From Patescibacteria group bacterium (GTDB taxonomy: Bacteria; Patescibacteriota; Patescibacteriia; UBA9934): a stretch of 64,000 nucleotides of DNA. The DNA is taken from assembly GCA_041666145.1 (NCBI GenBank), contig JBAYHK010000001.1:67810-131809 (forward strand), read 5' to 3'. Shown here piece after piece: positions 9,746-19,792 of the stretch; within the stretch, counting starts at the first letter, position 1, and the number at the start of each line of letters is the position of its first letter. The position numbers and the translations under genes are program-made. Below the pieces are notes generated by a model, which was not told the DNA's origin, did no database searches, and was given only the letters and a program-made list of their open reading frames with translations.

Positions 9746-9822
9746 TGGTGACCTCGGCGGGAGTTGAACCTGCAACCTTGTCCTTAGGACGGACCTGCTC
9801 TATCCAGTTGAGCTACGAGGTC
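9746..9822 (-). tRNA. tRNA-Arg(CCT)
   Basis: GACCTCGTAGCTCAACTGGATAGAGCAGGTCCGTCCTAAGGAC...GGTCACCA. Confidence 0.9.
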
Positions 9823-9925
9823 TTAATCCACGCCTATGTGTCGTAAAATACTTTTACGAAGCGTGCTATACTTATCAAACACGGAAAAAGTATAAACGTG
9901 GAGGACCCCACAGTCAAACAAAAAT

Positions 9926-11041
9926 ATGGACTATTCATCACTTCTCATAATGGCAATCGGCTTTGCCGCAACCATCGGAATATTAATCTGGCTCCAAACT
10001 CGCAAACAAGACGATTCTGGAGTGTCGCAAAATCTTATAGCCGAAATAGCCCGTATTCGTGAAGAATTTCTTCGTGTTTCAACAGAACAGCGCCAAGAAA
10101 CACAACAACGCCTTGATCGCGTTAACGACCAGCTCTACCGAGGCATCGCCGACTCACAAAAAACCATGCAAGATCAATTCAGCCAAACCTCACGCATCAT
10201 CCAAGAGGTAACAACGAAACTAACAACTCTCGATGCAACAAATAAACAGGTCCTTGATTTCTCTTCACAACTAAAAAATCTTCAAGATATTCTCAAGAAT
10301 CCAAAACACCGCGGAATCCTTGGAGAATATTATCTTGAAACACTTTTAAAAAATGCGCTCCCACCAGAGCACTATGCAATGCAATATCGGCTAGGAAAAG
10401 ACGAGGAAGGAAAAGATTTAATTCCAGATGCGGTTGTTTTTGTAAAAGAAAAAATCATTCCGATTGATTCGAAGTTTTCTCTTGAAAATTACAACCGAAT
10501 CACCGAAGAACAGGACGCGACGGAGCGAGGAAGACTTGAGAAGCTCTTCGTAAATGATCTGAAAAATCGAATTGTCGAAACATCAAAATACATTCATCCA
10601 GAAAAAGGAACCATGGACTTTGCATTCATGTTTATCCCTCATGAAGCTATTTATTACGATCTTCTCGTGAATAAAATTGGCGGGTCGCAAGAAGATAACG
10701 AGAACCTTATCCAGCGCGCTGCAAGCAAATATCACGTCATTATCGTCTCTCCAACATCATTTCTTGCGTATCTTCAAACTGTCCTACAGGCCCTACATGC
10801 AATGAAAATCGAGGAACGCGCACAAGACATTATTAAAAATGTCTCAGACCTTGGAAAGCATTTCAGAGCGTACTCCGAATTTCATCTCAAAGTAGGGAAC
10901 AATCTCACCACTGTCGTGAACCAATACAATCTCTCAAGCAATGAACTAAAAAAGTTCACGAAGGATATGATAAAAATAACGAACAGTTCGAGCGACGAAA
11001 TCATCGAAATCGGAATGCTGGAAAAACCACAGATTGAATAG
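9926..11041 (+). CDS. rmuC: DNA recombination protein RmuC
   Basis: N-terminal TM and coiled coil; NPKHRGILGE, PDAVV, IDSKF, TMDFAFMFIPHE and VSPTS motifs. Confidence 0.92.
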   Translation: MDYSSLLIMAIGFAATIGILIWLQTRKQDDSGVSQNLIAEIARIREEFLRVSTEQRQETQQRLDRVNDQLYRGIADSQKTMQDQFSQTSRIIQEVTTKLTTLDATNKQVLDFSSQLKNLQDILKNPKHRGILGEYYLETLLKNALPPEHYAMQYRLGKDEEGKDLIPDAVVFVKEKIIPIDSKFSLENYNRITEEQDATERGRLEKLFVNDLKNRIVETSKYIHPEKGTMDFAFMFIPHEAIYYDLLVNKIGGSQEDNENLIQRAASKYHVIIVSPTSFLAYLQTVLQALHAMKIEERAQDIIKNVSDLGKHFRAYSEFHLKVGNNLTTVVNQYNLSSNELKKFTKDMIKITNSSSDEIIEIGMLEKPQIE

Positions 11042-11105
11042 TACAACTCAACCAACCCAGACAACACAAAATCGAGCCATGAGCTCGATTTTGTTTATTG
11101 AGAAA

Positions 11106-11381
11106 TTATTTCTTTGCCGCGATTACCTTGTTCAAGGCAATCATTGTGCGCGACTTTACACGAGAAGCCGTATTCGCCTTCACAATTTTCTTCGTAACCG
11201 ACTTATCGATTGCTTGATTCAGCTCGCAAACTAACTTCTGCGCCTCTTCAATGCTTCCAGCTTCTAGAAGCTTTTTGAATGCACGGCGCATGCTGTCGAT
11301 ATGAGCCTTAACATTGGCGTTTCGCACGGCACGAACGTTGCTTTGCTTGAGCGCTTTCTTCGCGTTTTTGAGATTTGGCAT
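11106..11381 (-). CDS. rpsT: 30S ribosomal protein S20
   Basis: MPNLKNAKKALKQS...IDKSVTKKIVKANTASRVKSR. Confidence 0.95.
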   Translation of the reverse strand: MPNLKNAKKALKQSNVRAVRNANVKAHIDSMRRAFKKLLEAGSIEEAQKLVCELNQAIDKSVTKKIVKANTASRVKSRTMIALNKVIAAKK

Positions 11382-11410
11382 ATAAGAATGCGCAAATATT
11401 AGCGGAATCT

Positions 11411-12397
11411 TTATGAAGCGTCAAGCAATGCCGCTACAAGACGATCTACTGCGATTTCTGGAGCAACTCCACGCTTCATCCCAACATCTAACTCTGCCGC
11501 AAGCAGATGCCAAGCTTTAATCTTCGCAAAATCATGTCGTTTTGCTTCTGCAAGAATCTTTTGCGCGACGAATGGATGAATTCCAAATTCTGTCGCAATG
11601 TCCTGTTTTCCTGCGTTTGGCCGATCTTCAAGAAGCGCCTTAACCTGCAGTAACAACCGAATCTGCCGAACAAACATGCCAAAAAGAGGGAAGTCTTCTG
11701 CTCCAGCCGATCGCTCCTGCGCCAGCTTTCGCAAAGCAAATTCTGGCCTTCCGCCCGAAACAGAATCAATCATTCCAAAAATGTCCTCAGAATATTCAGA
11801 AACAACGATCATCCGAATCATGTCCTCATCAATCGGAGCGTCCCCTGCATGCGCTGCAAGCTTCGCAATCTCTGTCTCTAACCGCCATGTGTCATTTCCG
11901 ACTCGGTTTATAAGAGAATCAGCAACGTCCGGGACAAGAACGGCCCCGTGCGTCTTTGCCCGCTGCTGCACCCAAGTTCGCAATTCCGATCCTGTAAGCA
12001 TCGAAATGGGATAGAGATGTACGTCTGATAATCCAGAAAGTCGTTTAAACAACTCTATTTTTTCGACTTTCTCCGTTCCCACTACGTCAACAAGAACTAC
12101 AATAGTTGACGAAGGGATCTTCGAAAAAACATTCGCCCACGGCTCTGCGTCTGGTTTTGTTGTTACAAATGAAAAAATTCCGTCGACTCTAACCATCCGC
12201 TTATCGGACAAGAATGGGGAAGCAGTAACAACATCGGCAACATGAGGCAAATCAAGATCATCTTTTTTGCTAAACACAATTTCATCAACGTTCATCCGCG
12301 CTGGATCGTATTTCTCAACAAATTTTGTGACGAATTCTCTTCCGCGCTCTTTCACCCGAAATGCATCGCCGCCATATACAATTAACAACATATTCAT
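11411..12397 (-). CDS. holA: DNA polymerase III delta subunit
   Basis: SPFLSDKRMV, LETEIAKL, IFGMIDS and GIHPFVAQK motifs; adjacent to rpsT. Confidence 0.9.
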   Translation of the reverse strand: MNMLLIVYGGDAFRVKERGREFVTKFVEKYDPARMNVDEIVFSKKDDLDLPHVADVVTASPFLSDKRMVRVDGIFSFVTTKPDAEPWANVFSKIPSSTIVVLVDVVGTEKVEKIELFKRLSGLSDVHLYPISMLTGSELRTWVQQRAKTHGAVLVPDVADSLINRVGNDTWRLETEIAKLAAHAGDAPIDEDMIRMIVVSEYSEDIFGMIDSVSGGRPEFALRKLAQERSAGAEDFPLFGMFVRQIRLLLQVKALLEDRPNAGKQDIATEFGIHPFVAQKILAEAKRHDFAKIKAWHLLAAELDVGMKRGVAPEIAVDRLVAALLDAS

Positions 12398-15030
12398 TCC
12401 ATGTCACCCCAAGATTGTTTACACGCCACGTCAACAGTAAGAGGAACTTCCAGCATCGATGCGAGCTTCATGTGTTCCTTTACTCCAGCAGACAAGGCGT
12501 CTACATCACCGTCTGCCACATCAAAAACTAATTCATCATGCACCTGAGCAATCATCTTTGCATCAAGACTGGTCGAACGAAGCCACACGTCGATAGCAAT
12601 CATCGCTTTCTTGATGACGTCCGCTTGAGTTCCCTGAATTGGCATATTAATCGCCATCCGTTCCGCAGCAGCGACCAACTGCGGCATGCCGGAATTGATA
12701 TCCGGAAGATATCGTCGCCGACCGTATAAAGACGTAACAAATCCCTCCTCATGCGCCTGCAGCTTCATCGCATCCAAATAGATTCGAATCCCCGGATGCG
12801 CAACAAAATATCGATCAATAAAATCCTTTGCCTCTTCAATTCGTACTCCTGCACTCCGTGAAAGTGCTCTGGCTCCAATCCCATAAAGAATCCCGAAATT
12901 AATCGCCTTTGCAGCTTGACGCTGCTCCTTTGTTACTTCTCCCTCTGAAATGTCCCACATTTCCGCCGCAGTACGCTTGTGAATGTCTGCACCATCTTTA
13001 AACGCATCAATAAACGAAATATCTTTCGCAATAGACGCCACAAGTCGAAGCTCAATTTGAGAATAGTCGGCGCTCACCAATTTTCGACCTGACGGAGCAA
13101 TGAATGCTTTTCGTATTTCTCGTCCAAGGTCTGAACGAATGGGAATATTCTGCAAATTCGGGTCAGAAGATGAAAGTCGGCCAGTCGCCGCAATACATTG
13201 ATTAAATCTCGCATGAATCCTGCCGGCCCCATCAACAAGCCTCGGAAGCGTATCTGCATACGTTCCTTTCAACTTCGCAAGTTCACGATACTCAGAAATC
13301 TTTTCAATAATTGGATGGACATCCACGATCTTCTCAAGCTCTGGAGCTGCTGTAGAAAATCCGCTTTTTGTCTTTTTAATCCCCTTTGTTGGAATCCCAA
13401 GATCTTCAAACAAAATCTCCGCAAGCTGCGATGGGGAATTCACATTAAACTCACGGCCCGCATCAATATAAATTGACTTCGTAAGTTCCTGAAGACGATC
13501 GTCAAATTTCTTTGCAAGTGCACCAAGTCGATCACTATCAACCGCGAATCCAGACTCTTCCATTCGAAATAAAACTGGAATCAATGGCATCTCGATCTCT
13601 TCCGAAAGAAGTTTCATGCCCTCCACCTCAATTTTTCGCTCAAGCGTTACCGCTAATGGAAGGAGTGCGCCGATGCGGTCGCCAGCGCTTCCGTCGATAG
13701 GAACATTCGCGCCAAGATACATCTGCACAACATCTTCATACGCAAACTCACGATCGCCAGATGCTAAAAGATACGCAGCAACTAACGTATCAAACATCGG
13801 CACAATTAAAAGATTCTCAATCGCAATATCGGCCTTGGCAAAAACATGAAACATCGACTTTACATCATGCCCAACATAAATCTTTGACGCTGAAAGAAAC
13901 TTCACAATCTTTTCAATGTCACTTTTCGAAGGATCTTTTATTGAAAACGTATTTCTTCCGTCCGTCACCGCAATCGATGCAATCCCACCACCAAAAAGAT
14001 CTTGTGCTTTTGTTTCGATCAATACTCCAACGCGATCAAGCGAAAGGTCACCGAGTGAAGCGTGAGGCAACGAAGCATGACGCTTTGACGTAAATCCAGT
14101 GCCCGTCGATTTCGGCTGAGCCACGCTTCGACTCTCGCGTCTTTCCTCTGGCGACTTTTCATACTTTCTTAACAACGTCTTAAACTCAAAATCTCGCAAC
14201 ATTGGAAGCAGCTCTTCTTCTTTTACTTCTCGAACCTTTGCATCATTAACCAAGAAATCCTTCAACGGCACATCTCGAACCACCGTCACCAGTCGCTTCA
14301 TCTGCGCCGCATTCTTTTCTTGCCCTTCAAATTTTCTTGCAAACTTTTCCAACAGTTCGCCACGCTTTAACGCAGCAAAAATTCCATCGACTGTTTCATG
14401 CTTCAGTAAAAGCTCAAGCGCGGTCTTCTCACCAATCCCAGCAATGCCCGGAAGATTGTCCGACGTATCTCCGACTAATGTTTTGTAATCAATAAGTTGC
14501 GTTGGCAGCAATCCATATCGCTCTTTCACTGCGTCGATGGTGTATCGCTTGGTCACCGAAAGTCCTTTCACGAAAAATACAACCTCTGTGTTCTTTGAAA
14601 CAAGCTGCAGCGAGTCCAAATCCCCGGTCACGATTAACGTCTTCATTCCATTCTTTTCATTCATCGCGCTGATGGTTCCCAAAATATCATCGCCCTCGAA
14701 CCCCGGCACCGATAGTGATGGAATACCGTACGGCTTCAATAATTCTTGAATCATCGGAATCTGGTCATAGAGCTCCTGGGCCTTCTTTTCCCGCGTTGCT
14801 TTGTACGGTTCGTATTCCTCATGCCGAAACGTCCCGCCTGGTAAGTCCCATGCCACAGCCATGAAATCCGGCTTCAATTCCACTCGCATCTTTTCCAAAA
14901 CCATCGCAAATCCATATACCGCATTCACTACTCGTCCATCTGCAGTCGACAGTGGCGGTATGGCATGCCAAGCGCGATGCAAAAGCGCATTTCCGTCTAA
15001 AATAACAAAGATTTTTTGGTCCGTAGACAT
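12394..15030 (-). CDS. polA: DNA polymerase I
   Basis: 5'-3' exonuclease (LDGNALLHRAWHA, GDTSDNLPG) and family A motifs (TGRLSSSDPNLQNIP, ADYSQIELR, AKAINFGILYG, QVHDEL). Likely start MSTDQK. Confidence 0.97.
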   Translation of the reverse strand: MSTDQKIFVILDGNALLHRAWHAIPPLSTADGRVVNAVYGFAMVLEKMRVELKPDFMAVAWDLPGGTFRHEEYEPYKATREKKAQELYDQIPMIQELLKPYGIPSLSVPGFEGDDILGTISAMNEKNGMKTLIVTGDLDSLQLVSKNTEVVFFVKGLSVTKRYTIDAVKERYGLLPTQLIDYKTLVGDTSDNLPGIAGIGEKTALELLLKHETVDGIFAALKRGELLEKFARKFEGQEKNAAQMKRLVTVVRDVPLKDFLVNDAKVREVKEEELLPMLRDFEFKTLLRKYEKSPEERRESRSVAQPKSTGTGFTSKRHASLPHASLGDLSLDRVGVLIETKAQDLFGGGIASIAVTDGRNTFSIKDPSKSDIEKIVKFLSASKIYVGHDVKSMFHVFAKADIAIENLLIVPMFDTLVAAYLLASGDREFAYEDVVQMYLGANVPIDGSAGDRIGALLPLAVTLERKIEVEGMKLLSEEIEMPLIPVLFRMEESGFAVDSDRLGALAKKFDDRLQELTKSIYIDAGREFNVNSPSQLAEILFEDLGIPTKGIKKTKSGFSTAAPELEKIVDVHPIIEKISEYRELAKLKGTYADTLPRLVDGAGRIHARFNQCIAATGRLSSSDPNLQNIPIRSDLGREIRKAFIAPSGRKLVSADYSQIELRLVASIAKDISFIDAFKDGADIHKRTAAEMWDISEGEVTKEQRQAAKAINFGILYGIGARALSRSAGVRIEEAKDFIDRYFVAHPGIRIYLDAMKLQAHEEGFVTSLYGRRRYLPDINSGMPQLVAAAERMAINMPIQGTQADVIKKAMIAIDVWLRSTSLDAKMIAQVHDELVFDVADGDVDALSAGVKEHMKLASMLEVPLTVDVACKQSWGDME

Positions 15031-15160
15031 ATGCCGCCATTGTATCGGCAATCGATAGAAAGCGGAACGAGCTTTACAAATCTCTCTCTTTTGCTTATAT
15101 TTACCCGTCGAAAGACAAAACTCAACGACTCAAAAACCACACTTCCGCAGGAGAAACATC

Positions 15161-15772
15161 ATGATCGTACAAAAGTTCGACTACCGTGACCCAAGTTCGA
15201 TTCCTCAAAAGAAAATGTTCATTCACATAGCGTTCGGAGACGCAATTCCACAAATTCTTTTCTACAACAGCCAAAACTCCGAACCCTCGAAACAAGACTT
15301 GACGATGATCGGAAGGGCTTTCTTTCCCTCAGGAACAGAACTCTACGGTCGCGTCCTTACTATCCCCCACGATCCCGCCGAGGGCCGACCGCCGCGACGT
15401 GGCTTGAAAAGCTTCAACGTCATCTGCGTCATTCATCCAAGCGCGATTCACTACGAATTCACGCTCGAAGATGGACGAACCTGTCATCTTCTTCAGGCGA
15501 GTTCTGAGATGTTGGGTAGTATCAACTTCATGGACCTCTGGGGTCCAAGCCCGCAGGATCCGATGGGAGAAGTCGATTTGAGTGGTCTCAATGTGGATGT
15601 TATAGTCATGGCCCATGGCGAAGGAGGCCTCGTGCCAACGGAGAGGTTCAACAACTTCGCGTCCGTCGACAACGTTCGGACGCCAGAACCTAAGGGTCCT
15701 TCGCCCTCCGAACCGCCTCGTGCAAACTGGTTCGCGCGAATGATCGCATGGATCCTCGTCGGGACCGGATAA
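15161..15772 (+). CDS. Hypothetical protein
   Basis: 203-aa ORF with SD AGGAG, an upstream TTTACA-17-TATATT promoter candidate and a downstream terminator hairpin (~15800-15850). Confidence 0.65.
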   Translation: MIVQKFDYRDPSSIPQKKMFIHIAFGDAIPQILFYNSQNSEPSKQDLTMIGRAFFPSGTELYGRVLTIPHDPAEGRPPRRGLKSFNVICVIHPSAIHYEFTLEDGRTCHLLQASSEMLGSINFMDLWGPSPQDPMGEVDLSGLNVDVIVMAHGEGGLVPTERFNNFASVDNVRTPEPKGPSPSEPPRANWFARMIAWILVGTG

Positions 15773-15980
15773 CAACTCGAGCGTGTTCGGCAAGGAACAG
15801 AAAAGAGCGCCCCGGCGCCATTCTGCTCCTGCCGGATGCGCTCTTTTCTTTTGAGCTGATTCACTTCTCATTTCCCAAAAAAACTGCTAAACTCTCCCGG
15901 AAAAGAAAGTCGGTGCCGTGTGGCAAAAGGTATTAAGTTTGGTTAGCGACTACGAGGCTAACCAAACTTGGATACCTTTT

Positions 15981-16057
15981 GCCCTGGTAGCTCAGTTGGA
16001 TAGAGCAGGGGACTTCTAGGCCCAAGGTCAGTGGTTCGATTCCACTCCAGGGCACCA
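15981..16057 (+). tRNA. tRNA-Arg(TCT)
   Basis: GCCCTGGTAGCTCAGTTGGATAGAGCAGGGGACTTCTAGGCCCAAGGTCAGTGGTTCGATTCCACTCCAGGGCACCA; the anticodon stem has mismatches. Confidence 0.85.
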
Positions 16058-16073
16058 GACTTTCTACACAAAC

Positions 16074-16102
16074 AAAAAACCTCCCGAATAGGGAGATTTT
16101 TT
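16074..16102. terminator. Bidirectional terminator between convergent tRNAs
   Basis: AAAAAACCTCCC-gaata-GGGAGATTTTTT. Confidence 0.7.
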
Positions 16103-16104
16103 AA

Positions 16105-16179
16105 TGGGGCGACTAACGGGGATCGAACCCGTGTAGCCGGGACCACAACCCGGTGCTCTACCATTGAGCTATAGCCGCC
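16105..16179 (-). tRNA. tRNA-His(GTG)
   Basis: GGCGGCTATAGCTCAATGGTAGAGCACCGGGTTGTGGTCCCGG...GCCCCA with G-1. Confidence 0.93.
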
Positions 16180-16224
16180 ACAATCGTCGAACGAACGGCA
16201 AAATACCACGAACAATACACTCAA

Positions 16225-17154
16225 TCAAGCTTTTGTAGCTCCTTTGTCATGAAACTTCTGATGAACTCTCTTCAATTCTTTATCCGTAACATGCGTATAA
16301 ACCTGTGTCGTAGTAATCGACTCATGGCCAAGGAGCGACTGGACAGAGCGAATATCGGCGCCATTTCGGAGAAGATCGGTAGCAAAAGTGTGACGAAGGG
16401 TATGAGGGGTGACAGGTTTCGTAATGCCGGCAAGTCGCGCGTAGCGGTCAACAATACGCTGCACCGATCGAGGAGTAAGCGGAGCCGCTTCTGGTGCCTG
16501 ATTCTTTGCTCGATCGTGACGAACAAAAAGAAACTGCGAAACGTCATGACGGTGATCGATATAAGCTTTCAGGGCTCGCTTCGCTGCGTCGGAAACAAAA
16601 ACAATTCTGTGCTTGCTTCCTTTTCCTTTGATTGTGAATTCATCACGTTTTAAGTTCACTTGTTCTATCAGAAGCCCTGCACATTCAGAAACACGAAGAC
16701 CCGTTGAAAACAAAAGTTCAAGGATCGCCTTGTCGCGCAGTCCAACGATCGTTTCATCTTCACTCGGCCCAGACAAGAATCGAGCAAGCTCTTCTGGTTC
16801 AAGAAACATCACGTGACGTGATCCTTGTTTTGCGAGTTCGATTTTATCTGCAGAAAGCGTCTTTATGTCTCGTTTTGCAAGATATTTCAAGAATGCTCGA
16901 AGAGCGATGAGATGATAGTTCTGTGTGTTTTTCTGCAGCGACTCTTCATCTCTTCCCGCGATTTCGCGATTCAAATACAGCCGATACTTTCGAACCATCT
17001 CTAGTGTTATTTCTCCCGGATTTGGGTCTTTTGCCCAAGTAGCAAATCGATCGAGATAGAAATGATAGTTCCGCGTGGTTTTTTCACTCCTTCCGCGCTC
17101 AATCTCAAGATACTCACAAAATTCCTTCATTAACGTTCGCATTCCCTTTGCCAT
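16225..17154 (-). CDS. XerC/XerD-family tyrosine recombinase
   Basis: RDKAILELLFSTGLRVSE, KGKGSKHR, HTLRHTFAT and LGHESITTTQVY catalytic motifs. Confidence 0.93.
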   Translation of the reverse strand: MAKGMRTLMKEFCEYLEIERGRSEKTTRNYHFYLDRFATWAKDPNPGEITLEMVRKYRLYLNREIAGRDEESLQKNTQNYHLIALRAFLKYLAKRDIKTLSADKIELAKQGSRHVMFLEPEELARFLSGPSEDETIVGLRDKAILELLFSTGLRVSECAGLLIEQVNLKRDEFTIKGKGSKHRIVFVSDAAKRALKAYIDHRHDVSQFLFVRHDRAKNQAPEAAPLTPRSVQRIVDRYARLAGITKPVTPHTLRHTFATDLLRNGADIRSVQSLLGHESITTTQVYTHVTDKELKRVHQKFHDKGATKA

Positions 17155-17280
17155 ATTCTCTATTGTACCGCTTTTGCGACACAAAGTAGACGAAGCCATT
17201 GATCAATATAGGCATTTTGTGCTAATCTCATCCGTCCTCATGACTCCAACATACAACACGAACAGAGAAAGGAAGGAACA

Positions 17281-17685
17281 TTGGGAGAAAAGACCATTGT
17301 CACCCATGAGCTTTATAAAGAAAGGCGCGTGGCTATCTTTTCCGGCGTAAAGCTCAACAACCACAACGGAATAGTCAGAATAGGAATACAAAGAGTCACT
17401 CAAGACAAACTCTGTGGCATAAGAATACTCGCCCCGGGCTGCAGCAAGGAACATGACATCGCCTTCGAAAAAGTAAGAATTGATCGCGGACTAATCGACG
17501 GAAGGTGCCACTTCGACCTAACCGGAGCCAAAAACCTCGATGACCCATACACCTGGGCGATTAACTTCATTGGAACGCTTGTCTTCTGTATAAAAGATGG
17601 TGAAATAGCAGCAAAATTCACTATCTTTAGAACAGAGTTCTGGCTTAAAAGTCCAGAATTTGAAGAGTTCTTGGCCCGGACCTGA
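17281..17685 (+). CDS. Hypothetical protein
   Basis: 134-aa ORF; TTG start preceded by AAGGAAGGA. Confidence 0.55.
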   Translation: MGEKTIVTHELYKERRVAIFSGVKLNNHNGIVRIGIQRVTQDKLCGIRILAPGCSKEHDIAFEKVRIDRGLIDGRCHFDLTGAKNLDDPYTWAINFIGTLVFCIKDGEIAAKFTIFRTEFWLKSPEFEEFLART

Positions 17686-17792
17686 TCCTGTGACAAGCGA
17701 GGAAGTGCGGGGAAATAAAATCCACCGTCACAACGCAACGCGTCCAACTGCAGAAGCTACTACGGCTTCACGGTCTGGGCGCGTTTCTGTTT

Positions 17793-18128
17793 TTAAGAAA
17801 GGTCTGACATTCCGAAAATTTGATGGAGATTTTGATGAATTGTTTTACGATATTGATCTTCGACAGTTCCGATTCGACCGATGGCACAGCGAGTATCAAG
17901 TGTAGAAAGTTTTGAAAGGCAGAGAACGGAATCTACTCGTAAGCCGTTTTCTTCAGACTTCAGAATGCTCACATCAAACTCGCCAATCTTTTTCACCTTC
18001 GACGTCAAAAATGCCACCACCATGTCTCCCTGTTTTTCGTCAACGAATAAGACGAGCGCCGGTCGAACTTTCTGGCCAGAAAGATCGGAAAAGGGAAATG
18101 GAGTCAGTACAATGTCCCACCTAAACAT
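17793..18128 (-). CDS. Type II toxin, PemK/MazF family
   Basis: WDIVLTPFPFSDLSGQKVRPALVL ... NGLRVDS ... IG. Confidence 0.92.
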   Translation of the reverse strand: MFRWDIVLTPFPFSDLSGQKVRPALVLFVDEKQGDMVVAFLTSKVKKIGEFDVSILKSEENGLRVDSVLCLSKLSTLDTRCAIGRIGTVEDQYRKTIHQNLHQIFGMSDLS

Positions 18129-18372
18129 AAGCCTCTTTTACATCGTCACGCGAATACAGGTCTGGTTCGTCCTTAAGAAAGTCGAAACTCGACGAATTCG
18201 CGTTAATATTTGTAATATCGCTCAAAGATTTATTGTAATGTTCCGGGAATCTGATAATGATCGCATCGTGATGACTGTGCCTGCCAACAACAAAGACTTC
18301 GTTTTCATGCCTAACCTCGTCAATGATCTGTTTAATATTTTTTCGAGCAACTGTTGTGCTGACAACTTTCAT
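18121..18372 (-). CDS. Antitoxin, Phd/YefM-like N-terminus
   Basis: MKVVSTTVARKNIKQIIDEV...VFVVGRH; C-terminus SFDFLKDEPDLYS; overlaps the toxin start. Confidence 0.8.
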   Translation of the reverse strand: MKVVSTTVARKNIKQIIDEVRHENEVFVVGRHSHHDAIIIRFPEHYNKSLSDITNINANSSSFDFLKDEPDLYSRDDVKEAYV

Positions 18373-18373
18373 A

Positions 18374-18388
18374 TGTACAAAATGTACA
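18374..18388. promoter_or_regulatory. TA operator: tandem TGTACA palindromes
   Basis: TGTACA at 18374 and 18383, immediately upstream of the antitoxin start; TGTACA is the core of the E. coli yefM-yoeB operator. Confidence 0.6.
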
Positions 18389-18523
18389 AAAGAATGAAAC
18401 CAATGTCAAATCCTTGCGCCTTTTCCATTTTTCCGCTACCCTTAGCCGCGTCAATCATATCGTTCGCCTAGGTTTGAGGATTGAGCTCCTCGTTCTCAGA
18501 CGATCGAATAACTTTTCACTACT

Positions 18524-18790
18524 ATGCTCGACAAGTCAGCGAAGGAAAAACTTATCAAGAAGTTCCGCACTCATGACTCAGACACTGGATCGCCACAGGT
18601 ACAGATCGCGATTCTCAGTGCTGAAGTGAAGGAGCTTACCAAGCACTTAAAGACTCACCGCAAGGACTTTAGTTCCCGCCGCGGCTTGGTCAAGAAAGTT
18701 GCAGAGCGCCGTCGTTTGCTCAAGTATCTCGAGCGTGAAAACGCCGTAGCGTACGCAGAGCTCATTGAAGCGCTTGGATTGAAGAAGTAA
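18524..18790 (+). CDS. rpsO: 30S ribosomal protein S15
   Basis: DTGSPQVQIAILS...HRKDFSSRRGL. Confidence 0.97.
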   Translation: MLDKSAKEKLIKKFRTHDSDTGSPQVQIAILSAEVKELTKHLKTHRKDFSSRRGLVKKVAERRRLLKYLERENAVAYAELIEALGLKK

Positions 18791-18886
18791 CATTTTCCCC
18801 GTGCCGATGGCGTCGTGATACGATGTTCAGCGGCACGGGTTTTCAGTAACATTCACCATTTTTTATTATCTTTTTGCCAATTTTTT

Positions 18887-19618
18887 ATGGCACTCCTTGA
18901 TACCTCGTCTCGCCGCGTCGGCGTTTTCATCGACGTTCAAAACATGTATTACAGCGCACGAAATATTTACGCCGCAAAAGTAAATTTCGGCGCGATTGTG
19001 CAGTCTGTCGTCGGTGATCAAAATCTTATTCGGGCAATCGCCTACACAATTTCTACCAAAACTGGAGAGGAACGTCCCTTTTTTGAAGCGTTGCAAAACA
19101 TCGGTCTTGAAGTCAAAACCAAAGAGCTCCTTGAATACGATAGTGGCCACAAAAAAGGGGACTGGGACGTTGGAATCACCATCGACGTCGTTCGTATGCT
19201 GGACATGCTCGACGTTGTTGTGATGGTTTCTGGAGATGGCGATTACTGCGCGCTTGCTGAATATGTTAAAAATCACGGCCGGATTTTCCACGTAGCCTCA
19301 TTCCGTGAATCAACATCAAGCATGCTCGTAGAGGCTGCAGACATTTACACAAACCTTTCTGCGGAACAAAAAGTCTTCCTTCTGCGCGACGTCCATCATC
19401 GAACTCCGGAACGACGCATCGGCTCAACAACAGACACCTTCGACGATGTCATTGCGGAACAATTCGCGAATAAAGCCATTCTCGTTCCAAAAGTCGAACC
19501 AAAAAAATCCCCATCCACATCAACGGCGCCAATATTCACTCATTCATTCAAGAAAGGTTCGTCAGAAACAAAACGTCGTGGTCGACCGCGAAAACAAAAC
19601 AACCAAAATCAAGGGTAA
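18887..19618 (+). CDS. NYN domain protein (LabA/DUF88)
   Basis: VFIDVQN, KKGDWDV and SGDGDY motifs; likely start MALLDT. Confidence 0.9.
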   Translation: MALLDTSSRRVGVFIDVQNMYYSARNIYAAKVNFGAIVQSVVGDQNLIRAIAYTISTKTGEERPFFEALQNIGLEVKTKELLEYDSGHKKGDWDVGITIDVVRMLDMLDVVVMVSGDGDYCALAEYVKNHGRIFHVASFRESTSSMLVEAADIYTNLSAEQKVFLLRDVHHRTPERRIGSTTDTFDDVIAEQFANKAILVPKVEPKKSPSTSTAPIFTHSFKKGSSETKRRGRPRKQNNQNQG

Positions 19619-19632
19619 CGCTTGAAATGGTC

Positions 19633-19783
19633 GAAGGATCTCGAACGCGCCCACCGTATGAAGCGGGAGCGCTCGAGATCCTTCCTCACGTGAGGACGTC
19701 ATCTCTATTCTTTAATTCTTCCGGCATAAAACATCGAGTACTTCATCGCCAAGGCGCGATTGAGTCCTTTGGTTTTTTGCCGG
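19633..19783 (+). promoter_or_regulatory. Structured pnp 5' leader (two long hairpins)
   Basis: GAAGGATCTCGA/TCGAGATCCTTC (19633-19684) and CCGGCA.../...TGCCGG (19721-19783). Confidence 0.55.
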
Positions 19784-19792
19784 CATCACAAT

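Noticed and set aside
15981-16057. Amber suppressor tRNA (CTA in the loop)
   Set aside because: Canonical numbering places TCT at 34-36, and the D-loop A20 context fits Arg.
16105-18372. Prophage or island integrated at tRNA-His via the tyrosine recombinase
   Set aside because: The enzyme looks like chromosomal XerC/D and lies on the 5' side of the tRNA. I saw no duplicated tRNA end and no phage genes.
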